Part shown: positions 46,733-57,500 of the stretch, piece by piece
Layout: every line of letters begins with the position of its first letter
Numbering within the stretch: position 1 is the first letter of the stretch
From: Balanoglossus misakiensis
Taxonomy: Eukaryota > Animalia > Hemichordata
NCBI GenBank assembly: GCA_040954595.2
Contig: CM082587.2
Span: forward strand, 1 to 64,000
Direction of reading: 5' to 3'
DNA: 64,000 nucleotides
Translations under genes and position numbers: made by a program
The notes under the pieces: generated by a model
Seen by the model: only the letters and a program-made list of their open reading frames with translations
Told to the model about the DNA's origin: nothing
Database searches by the model: none

Positions 46733-47957
46733 AGAGAACAATTCTGTACCCTAAAATTTGAAATGAGTAATTTTCCTGACCTTCACTTTCAGGTTTTGGG
46801 AAATACAGCTAATTTAAATTGAATTAGAATACAATACTTAATTTCATCTGTATACTTCTAACTGGCTCATTATGAAAAATAGAAATAGTCACAAGAATAA
46901 AAGTTTCTCATAGCCTGCTTATACCACTCCAGCCAAAGTATTAGTTGTTATAGTTAGTTAATGGTGTGTTAGTACGTTAATATTGAAGTTAGAAAAAATG
47001 GCTGAAATGGCACAAACAGTTTTCTAGATTGAATCAATTTGATTTGACTGCACAATTCACTAAACAAAATTTCCTCAATGCATACATGTAATTTTTAGAA
47101 TTACTGAATCATATGGACATTTAGGCTACAGTTAAATAAGCATAGTTGAGTTAAATGGTTACAGACTTGTTCTCTCTGTAATATTGTTTTAACACACATT
47201 AAACACACATGTTCATGTATGTATGTATGTATGTATGTATGTATGTATGTATGTATGTATGTATGTATGTATGTATGTATGTATGTATGTATGTATGTAT
47301 GTATGTATGTATGTATGTATGTATGGATGTATGGATGTATGTATGTATGTATGTATGTATGTATGTATGTATGTATGTATGTATGTATGTATGTATGTAT
47401 GGATGGATGGATGTATGTATGTATGTATGGATGGATGGATGCATGCATGCATGCATGCATGCATGCATGCATGTATGTATGTGTATGAGAATTCATACTG
47501 TGTCCTAATCTGAATTCTTCTTGTCATGAAGTTTTCCCAATGGCTGCAACAATTGGGAAGCTCTCCAACTGTGATAGTAGACAAGTGTGCTAATTTACAT
47601 AATTGCAATTCTGCACACGTAACCAGTGAGATCAAGGGAACGCATACGAAAAGTCATTAATTTTCACTGGATCAACAGATTAAGGAGCAAAATTCACTCA
47701 TTTTGACCGTTTAGAGATTGCTTTTGTATGACATAAAATGATGGTTACAAATCAACATCAATTTTTAACACAAACATAATATGAGTAATCAATGTATACT
47801 TGATATCATTGAAAGGTCAAAAAGCGATTTTGCCGCTTTAAGAAAAAACTGGACTGAACGCAATCCCTTCATTCTCATTATAAACTCTTAAAATGCTGAC
47901 TAAAAACCTGTGTCTTCTCTTCATTTGGCATCCAAATATCTTCATCTGCGATCATGG
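46725..47957 (+). repeat. Copy 2 of the duplicated AT-rich segment, ending in a partial 283-bp monomer
   Basis: Collinear with 38471-39300; ends in ACTCTTAAAATGCTGACT...CATCCAAATATCTTCATCTGCGATCATG, which matches the satellite monomer. Confidence 0.85.
47214..47486 (-). repeat. (TGTA)n/(TGGA)n/(TGCA)n compound microsatellite
   Basis: Read directly; reverse-complement orientation relative to 46470-46732. Confidence 0.97.
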
Positions 47958-48183
47958 ACGGTACATGGTCTATGATAAAACACACTCAAATTGAATAAGG
48001 ATCTATAAAAACATGCATTAGTAGAATTGAAGTGTAAAGTTCATTACTGCAATGCCATGGAAATCTTAATGCCTGAAGCACAATTCATCAACAGCATCCA
48101 CAATAAAGTTTTCCGCCTACACAATAACAATTCCCTCATGTTACAAACTCTCGACCACCTGCCAAAAAATACCACTTGAATTT

Positions 48184-48327
48184 AATGAAGCACACGCTGG
48201 GTTCCGTCGAGGATATTTAACCATAGATAGCATTTTTATATTACAATCTGGTGTTCAAAAGTATTTAACATGCAAAGGTGGCAACTTTCATTGTCCTTTT
48301 ATAGGCTTTTCGAAAACTTTTGATACT
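48184..48327 (+). mobile_element. Non-LTR retrotransposon reverse transcriptase fragment (degenerate)
   Basis: Translates as NEAHAGFRRGYLTIDSIFILQSGVQKYLTCKGGNFHCPFIGFSKTFDT, matching the QxGFRxGxSTxD...FxDFSKAFD LINE RT motifs, with the catalytic-motif D mutated. Confidence 0.85.
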
Positions 48328-48640
48328 GACGCTCGTCTAGTTACTCGCACAAAATGCACCAACACATCCACCAGTGAAGCGAGAGCTTCATCGGTTGCCG
48401 ATCCACGCTAGGATTAATTTCAAAATTCTTGTTTTTTTATATAAAATTTTCCTCCATAAAGCATATGCTTATCTTTCTGATCTAATCACAGTTCACGTTC
48501 AAAAACGGTTTACACGCTCAGTATTCACACCATTTTTTAAATGCCGCACACACTTTATGGAATGCCTTACCAAAAGAAATTAGATTGTCAGTATATGTTA
48601 CATCTCTGAAAACATATCGCTTTAGAAAGTATTATTATTA
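48328..48640 (+). mobile_element. L2/CR1-clade LINE ORF2 C-terminal fragment
   Basis: ARLVTRTK...PVKRELHRLPIHARINFKILVFLYK...AYLSDLI...RFTRS...LWNALPKEIR...LKTY across frameshifts; resembles the L2 tail ARLV..HITPVL..LHWLP..RI.FK..WNSLP..IR..LKT. Confidence 0.82.
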
Positions 48641-49420
48641 AATGAAGCCTGGCACAAAACTAGAAAACGACTGGCAATCGACAAGCGAACGCGAGACATC
48701 ATAAAAACATTACGAAAACGCGCAGAAACTGATGACGTATCGCTATACCTTCCGTTCACGTATGCAAACATAATCTCTCAGTTTGATCAACATATCATAG
48801 GTAGAATGTAATGACAAGAACAACTAAAATAAACGGACCATTTCACAACGATAATAAAACTCTCTGCGCCTTTTAATTACAATCGATAAACACATGACCG
48901 TCAATAATAAACGAAAGATATACCAGCATTGAAAATGAAGCCTGACACAAAACTAGGCAAAATTAAAACTGCTCATGAAAACTAAAACGATTTCACGTTA
49001 AAAACGGCTGGCAAACGACAGGCGAACGCGTGACACCATCAAAACATGACCTTCAAGACAGCACGCAGAAACTGATGACGTATCCCTATACTTTCCGTTC
49101 ATGTATGCAATATTTATCCCCCAGTTTGATCAATATATCATAAGTAGAATGAAATGTCAATGACCAGAAGCGGACTATTTCACAACGATAACAGAGCTCT
49201 CTGTACCTGTTTTTACACCAAAAATTTAGCAAAATCTGGTTGCAATCGATAATTACATGACCGCCAATAATAAATGAAAGAAATGCCAAAATTGAAAATG
49301 AGGCCGAAATAAAACTAGGCAAAAAATGCTCGCGGAAACGCACACGTGGAAACCACCGATTTCATGTTGAAAACGACTGGCAAACGACAAGCGAACGCGT
49401 GACATCACGAAAACATGAGA
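48640..49420. repeat. Diverged ~290-360-bp tandem repeat, ~2.4 copies
   Basis: AAATGA.GCC...AAAACTAG starts near 48640, 48933 and 49295; shared blocks CTGGCAA.CGACA.GCGAACGCG.GACA and GCAGAAACTGATGACGTATC. Confidence 0.85.
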
Positions 49421-51468
49421 GCCCCGGACTTCAATAAATATTGCACGTTTTACCACAACAACTGGAGATTCGCTCCTTATTTTCTCTCGACTACCACTCC
49501 CCAACTCCCACCAGAAATCTCTAATTAATAGACGATTTATTTGGTGCAAGCGTACTTTTGCGTCCGCGCTAGGTTCTAAGCGGAAAACCATATCAAAACT
49601 TGGAACAATAGCGAGTACTCCGAAACTCGACAACTCTCACTTTCGAAAATTGGCTAAAATTACAAGCGGAGTTCTTCAACTTTTCCCCACTAAAGACAAG
49701 AAGTCGCAGCGCAAATTTTAGTAAATACAGGCTACTTATCTGTTTATTATCTTGGGTTCCGGGCTGTAGAAATTCATTTAGCTTGTCAGACAAAATCACG
49801 TAGCTCTGCGGGCTGTTGCTCTCTTGATAGTCCGGGTCGTTCTGCGCTCGTTGCATTTGAAAACGTGGATGACCTCGTAGCACAGGTGCAGGGTATTCAG
49901 TTGACCCTCGCTAAGTCGCCGTTTAGCATGCATGAATAATAAATCAAAGACACCTGGTCAAAAAAGAACAGTTCACTTTTCGTATCAAACAAAATTGACA
50001 TGGGTTATAGCTCATACACTCTCAAAATGTAAAATTCTTGTCTTAGTGAAATTTGGTAATTTTCACGTTATATGCATGGACTGACAGACCTGCAACTGGA
50101 ACTGCGCCTAAAACTATGTTAAATTTATAAAATCATAATTTCCAAAACAGTTTCACACTCGAGCTGCCCTAAAGATGATGTTAAACTTGAGAAATTAATG
50201 ATTTCTAAGACAAGTCTCATCTAAACACGATGGCTATCAAACTTTCAGATTCTTGAGTACCAAATTATGGCTAATATCATGAAAATGTATGCTACCTATG
50301 CTACGTTATCCATGAGCTATATAGTTCATAAATAATGTCCACCACTTAAAAAAGTCGCAAAATGACCAATTCATGACTTTGTGTACATATATTTTATATA
50401 ATATGAGTACCTTTTCCCATTTATTGAAGATTTTTGAAAAATGTTGACTGGAATGTCAGCATGCACTGTCAACAAAAATATTGAATGGAATTGTCGACAG
50501 ACACCGTGGTGCGCCCTCTTTAGCGACCTATATTTTCCTTTCGAATTTCTGTCATGGCAACACTACTTTCAAGGGGATTATATCAACCTATTTCACATAT
50601 CAACATGTGTGACAATTTTCCTGTAGACCTTTTCACATACGTTCCAAACTTTCTAAACCTCCATCTGTAAATTTTACAGTTCGAATAAATTTTAAACAAT
50701 CTGTAAATACGTAGGTAGAAATCGCTAGCATGCCAAAACTGAAAAGTAACCGGGCGAAACCACGGACATAAAAGCGATTATTTCGTGCTTAAGCGTTTGA
50801 AAAATAGGACAATTGTCTGGTTTTAAGGTAAGTTTGAGACAACTCCTAATAAACTTAGAGAAACTACAAGTGCTGTACAACAACTCCAATTCATTAACAT
50901 TGAAAATCTCAATAATCAACCTTTGCAATGAATATAAGTAACCACTACATGAGATTAGACTGACACCAGGGAAAGTTGGAGTATTCCATTATCGTTGTGG
51001 GTGAAACAGTAGCCGCAAAATAAAATACATAATAGGCAGGGTTTGTTGGAGGCTCTCTATCAGACAAGACATTTATTCATGCTGGTTCTTGTTTGCATAT
51101 TCTTAATTTCAAAAAAATAATTAACTATATATATGTGATTTTCCTACTGACTAATGTAATGTTTTCAGTCTTCACATCATCGACATGCTTTGTCGACTGT
51201 TTTTAGATTTCAGTCGGTGAGTAGGATCAACGGGTAAATAGTATAAGTAGCAGGTATTCATCCACCTGCAGTCACCAGAATCAAAATTGCTCGAATGCAT
51301 ATTTCTTTTCCGCACATGTCATCCTCATTTCAATGACATCCCCGGTATAGTCATTGTGTGGCTCGACGTTCAGAAGCTTTTCTGAGAAGCATTTGAATGT
51401 AACATCAGACAGAAGGCAACTTCCTGGCAAGTGTTGACTGTTGTCACAGATACCAGTCACTAAACAAC

Positions 51469-51529
51469 ATGGATATGGTCGCTTTCATTAGTGTACACGT
51501 TATCTGCTATGTTCTGGTGTTTTTATCAG
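51469..51529 (+). CDS. Exon 1, signal peptide
   Basis: AACAACATGG start context; hydrophobic MDMVAFISVHVICYVLVFLS; donor CAG|GTAAGA is phase 1 and matches the phase-1 acceptor TTCCAG|GT at 54431. Confidence 0.75.
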
Positions 51530-54500
51530 GTAAGAATCAAACAATGAATTTGTCTCTTCCCTCCCCGCTCCCTCCTTACCCCCCTCCCCCCTCCTGTCTC
51601 TGTCTGTCTGTCTGTCTCACTCTCGAATTAGAGCAGTGTTTATTGGCTGAGTACAGTTGGCTGAATACAGGCAACCCCTACAATCATTTAACAGAAATAA
51701 TGTAAGCCTTTGATGTTAGTTGCTTACCGATAGTACTTAGTATCCCGTCTCTCCAGGGAAACTACGTGAATATGTTTTATATGTCAAAATGTTATTAATA
51801 CTCGTTTTTTTCGGTAACACAAAGCGAAAACCACTTTCAATTAAGTCTGTAATCGGTTAGAATAATGTACAATTAAAATTTATATATTTTAGCCACTGTT
51901 GAATGGCTGCTCTTGAATACACTTCCGCTAAAAGGGCACGTAATCATTATTACGACACTTTGATTCATCTTCTCTTATGTCTGCGCGGCATGTGGTAAAC
52001 ATTCAGATTCAGGAAAACAGGTGATGCCTTGTGTGTCTTGAAGATGGAATAGAGAGGAAATGGTCTTCACATGTACAAATATCGAAAGATACGTAAAAAT
52101 TATCTGATAGAAGTAACTTTTAACTATATTTAAAGTCACAATTTGTATAAACAGAATTGAAAACAAAATGAAGCAATCCGTAATTACCACCCTTAAATTA
52201 ACCATGATTAATTGATTACTGTGGGCAAACACTTAGTGAAAACTCAGAGCATTATAATAAGTAGATGTACACTCTATGATATTGCTTCTTGTAGATAACA
52301 TTACACATTTCGACTGTCAAAAGTCACATTAACCGAACAATAGAATTTTGAATTCCAAAGTGAGTGTGGTCTAAACCAAAGTGCAATTACAGTTAAGGAC
52401 GAACGATTTGAGTTCAGACATTTATGTATCCCAGTGCAGCAACAGTTAATTATCAATAAAAGCAAGTGGATGCATATGAGGACAAATTGCTCTAAGTATT
52501 ATTTAAAGCATTATAAAGTACTACACAATTCTGTATTGAATTGAGTTACTAGTATTTGATAGCAATAATCAATGCTGATACGAAATTATGGTAAAATCAC
52601 TTATTCATGCCCACAGGGAGAAGCCCAACAGGACGCTTATAATAGACCTCTGAGCAAAGGCATGCTGTAGTGAAAAGATTGGTTGCTAAATATTAAGAGC
52701 TGCAGGGAATATAAAATGGGAATAAAGAAACTTGCTCGAATTCATTCGTTCATTGTTACTTATGAAAGAAAACATACATGTACATGGTTCTAGAAATGAT
52801 ACACGTCTACACAGTCATTCCAATAATCTATTATGTTGTGTTGTGTTGTGTTATGTTATGTTATGTTGTGTAATGTTATAATAACGTGGTCTGGTCGTAG
52901 TGAAGGGGTTCATAAATCTAAGTTCTAGTGTTTTTTAAAGTGGCAGGAACATTGTCAGTCTAGTATATAAAATGTTTGGTACGTCACCATGTGTTAATAC
53001 TGAGTTGCACACACAAATATCTTTAAATGAACTGCATGTATTCAACATGCCAAAATGGAAAATAATAATTTATGTCAGTGTAATGTAATTATAGCTGTAT
53101 TATAGCTGTAAGGAACGATTCGTGTTCATTATTGTACAATGTAGTACTGACCAATGCTCTACTATAATATTCCGCAAATTCTGTTAGGAAAGGAAATGGT
53201 GAGAGACTTTATGTGAAATCTCATAAAGGGTATAGATTGGCCTGCAAAAAACACCCGAACCCATTAAGGATATTCTATAGCTTTGTAGATTTTAATACGA
53301 TTGTCCAGGCAAACTAAAGAGGCAATTTGCAATTTGCAGCAGTCTGATTACTTGATATGATACGAATTATGAAAGCTTTGGCGGTTTAATTTATTGTACA
53401 GTATAGGTAAATGTTTTCTAGTCCCCTGTGTTAACTAAAAAAAACAGCTAGATTGCATGCATCAGCATGATTAACTTAATTATCATGTGTGGATAATTTT
53501 CCCAGTCGGGATGAATATACTCATGGCTGCATGTGTCCTTGTGGAAATTCGGTCATTGTGAGAACATGATCGTAGTTTAACAAACTGCACATTGGGTGTA
53601 TATTTTATTGTATTATGGCATTTCCTTTTTCTAACAATAACCTAATTACAGGCAATCACACTGAACATGACCCTCTTAGAGAGAGCATTTAGGTATTACA
53701 GCCGGGGTGGGCAAGGCAAAATTCAGGGGGTCATCTTAAAGTACGAAACTGCCAGGGGCTCATACGTGTTTTCACACAGCAACGAGAGGAGTCACTAAAT
53801 TTCTAGCAATGTGCACTCAGGGAGGAAGATACATGTCATGCCAAGTTAAAATAGTCAGATAAGTGAACCTTTTACTACACAACATGTATGTTTCAAGATC
53901 CAGCACAATTTGTTTATCTGAATGGGTTAAAACATTCTTGTGTTGACAAATGTGCATTTCTGTTGTCACTGCTTATTGAGACTGTTGTCTTCTGGTACGG
54001 TGGCAGCTGGAGTGTCATCTTAATTATGTAGTATGTTGTGTCTTCTTTTGCAGAATGAACAGTCTTTATATATTAACATGTTTATACACAAAGCATGCGG
54101 TTCGACAGGTCCGATACAAAGTGCTCAATACCAATTGAGCGGAATATAGAATGAGGGTTACTGGAGAAATGATTACGCTATTGAAATAATAGCATCAGAG
54201 TAAAATAGGTGTATTTTCTGGCAAGAAAGTAGACAATCACTAACTGTAGAATGAGATCCATGTCAATATGACATTCATTGATAAATATTCAGTGATGACT
54301 TTGAATTGTAAACGCGCTTATACACTTATCTATGTAAGATAAATCTCTTATATGTCCGACATAAAGCTTTTATTGATTCCAGTCTATTATAAAGAAATTA
54401 TGCTCCGACGTTTAAATTCTCATATTCCAGGTATTGAATATTGCGTACTTCAGACTACTGGTGTTGGCCGAGACGATGTTGATGTGTCTTCCTCGGTTGC

Positions 54501-57500
54501 TTGTGATCCAAATCTTTTCTACAGAGAAACTGCTAATGGGTCTTCAGGCTGCGTGGTGTCGTGTGGCAATGGAAAAGTTGGCTTCACCGTCAATTTTACT
54601 TGTATTGGATGTCCTGTAGAATGTACTTCTTGCGTAAAAACAACAGATGACGTTACAGCAGTTTGTCTTGGATGCAAAGCCGGGCTTTATTTCAACCCTC
54701 AAAAATTGTCGAATATTTCTGGAATTCAAGATGGCGAAAGCTCAGAGTTGGCGTTTGTGGGCACCTGTACACCCAGTTGCAAAGACACGATTGCCAATTC
54801 TACTAAACTGAAATACTCGCCGGGTACAAACAGGGTTCGTCTTGCTGGAGGCAGTACTGAGAATGAAGGAAGGCTGGAAATAAAGGTGAATGCAGAGTGG
54901 GGCGTTGTTTGTGATGATGGTTGGACCTCAGATAACACCGATGTAGTCTGCAGAGAACTTGGCTACTATGGGGAAAGCAGATTCCTTAAAATGTCTTGGT
55001 TTGGTGTTGATTCGTCAAAACACATAATTTTAGACGACGTCAGCTGCAAAGGCGACGAAGAATCTATTCTTGAGTGTCAACATTCCGACTTTGGAAAACA
55101 CAATTGTTTGAGCTCGGAAAACATCGGAATACAATGTTTTGGAAAACATTACCCAAGCTCATGTACCGAAAAATGTCCATTTGGTAGCTTAATTGATTTA
55201 TACTCCGAATCTTGTGAAATCTGTGAGAGCAATTGTGTACAATGCAACAATTCGAAGGACTGGTGTACACAGTGTATAAGGCCATTGTTTTTGCACAGAA
55301 TAAATGGAAAGTGTGTTGAAACTTGTGGTGTCGGATTTTATGGTGATTCTAATGATTTTCTTTGTCACCGATGCGACAACAATTGTTCGACTTGCTCAGA
55401 TGGGAACACAAAAAACGTGTGCACGGGTTGTGATGACAATGCCATTTTGAACGATGGAAAATGTTACGGGACATGCCCTACCAACTCAGTCATATTCATC
55501 GACGTTGATCATTACCCTCACTGTGTTTCAGAGTGTCCCAGTCAGTATTACTTTTCACCGTACAACGACATGTGCCTTGAATGTAGTACACATTGTGGTG
55601 CTTGCTCGATCCTCCCTGACAACTGTACTTCTTGTCGAAGTGAAGATCAAGTTCTAACGATTGACAGGCAGGGGAAACAGCACTGTCAGCCCATATGCCC
55701 GGACGGATTTTACCCAGATAAATTTCAAATGTGTCAACACTGCAAAACTCTTAATTGCTTGACTTGTTCGAGAGGGGGAGAATATTGCACCAAATGCAAG
55801 CCTGGGTTTATCATGAATAATTTAAAATGCCAGTCGTCATGTGGTGAAGGTTACACGTATGTTAACGGGATATGTACTACAGAGTGTCAACCAGGCTCCT
55901 ATTCTGATGTCATGTCTGGCCAATGTAAACCGTGTAAGCCATTGTGTATGATTTGTGGTGGTGCAGACGAATGCAAGGCTTGTTTCCCGCCATTCTTCAG
56001 CAAATACGGAGATTGTGTGTTGGACTGTGCTCCAGATGTTGCTGTCAGCTACCAACCAAGTGCTCGTGTCAGATTGATGGGAGGCGGTCATTCTTTGGAA
56101 GGCAGAGTTGAAGTGTATTACCTTGGTAAGTGGCGAGATTCTTTTGAGAGATTATTTAACATATACCTTCATATTCAGAGATGTCTGTGCAGTCTTTTCT
56201 ATGAATCACTTATTACAGTTTAAAATAGATTTCAAAATGACTAGCGTTAACAATGATATATGCAAGTATTTTTGTCCACGGTCACGGTTATGAAATTCTA
56301 ACCGGATTCAAAATGTACCAGTCTTGATATTGATAGGAATGTTGCTGTGGTATTTTTCATTCATTGGTTCATAAATCTGGAAAATCGTGACTGCGAAGTT
56401 TAACATTCTGATTTGGGGCTCCCGTTTATCAAATCCGTAGAGCCATGTTATAACGAAAAATACATAATATATGGTTATCTACCATGCTCTGTAGTTTTCG
56501 AAACACAGTGTGTATGAGTTATGAGTTAGATTAACAGCTTTGATATATTATTAAAGATAACGCTGGTACATCTTCTATTTGAATGTGTCTCCGAAGGCCC
56601 CATGGCAGCGTATTTATGGTAGCTTGTGAGGTTCACATGGGTGAATTCAACATTCCGAAAATGATTTTGTCCATGAAAACTATTTTTCCTGTGGTCTTTA
56701 GAAATGAGAAGTTATTAACATATAACAACGACTTGCTTGTTTTAGAAGTTAAACGCTAACAGGAGAAGAATATGAAAATACCTGTAACACATGTAGCTCA
56801 AAAATTAGTGATTAGCAGACCACCAAATTTACCCACAGTCATACTCAACATATGTTCTGGAAATACAGCTTTATCTCATAACTACAATTTCAGCTTCCTT
56901 AACTCGCCACGTTAAACGCAATATGAACAACCATTTAGTTTTTGTGATATTGGAATAAATTCATGCATATAACCTTATACATGTAGATCATTTGTGTACA
57001 AATATTGGACAAAGAAGTATGCAAATGAGCAAGCTAACTTTGAGGGTTACGAACCCTAGTGCATTGAAAATTAAAATTTATTGAGCTATATTTTTAAATC
57101 CATGGATACGACTGTATGTTATTTCCTACCAAAATTGTGCTTTCAAGCATGTTATTTATATAGTGACGTCGACGAAAGGGTATACATCGGACATTTACTC
57201 CTGAAAATTACACAGTATAAAACCATAATGCTACGATCTAACTCAGACTTTATGAGTAAATATGGCATACAAAGGAGTCCGCCCTACTCTCGTCGATTGT
57301 AATAGTTCGTAACTGGTAAATGTATTACACGTCCACCAGGCTTAAGCCTGGTTCCCAGTCTCTTGAATAGCACGCTGGTGGCATTTCAAAAATTACCACC
57401 GAATTAGTATTTCTATCACACTGTGTCCTTGATGTAAATTGCGGCTTTATTGAGCAATGTTGTGGCACTATCCGCAAATTGGATTCAAGACTTGACTGTT

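Noticed and set aside
46417-47635. HTYI/MYVC-repeat ORFs
   Set aside because: Translations of (TACA)n microsatellites.
49440-49930. Locally CpG-richer stretch as a promoter or exon
   Set aside because: No recognisable protein motif, splice pattern or core promoter could be supported by eye.
781-50000. Telomere-specific retrotransposon (TRAS/SART/HeT-A/Athena type)
   Set aside because: No RT or gag ORF near the telomere; the only LINE remnants are short, degenerate and ~48 kb inside.
50508-50530. CTCF-like motif GCGCCCTCTTTAGCG (and GACCAGGTGGCG at ~63922)
   Set aside because: Imperfect single matches that cannot be distinguished from chance without a PWM scan or ChIP.
54352-54430. ORF-track start MSDIKLLL for the 623-aa ORF
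   Set aside because: Not signal-peptide-like; a phase-compatible acceptor at 54430 and an upstream signal exon explain the gene better. The ORF tail after 56125 is likewise intronic.
54431-56125. Calling the gene PCSK5/furin or DMBT1
   Set aside because: No subtilisin or P domain, and no CUB or ZP domain in the window; only modules are shared.
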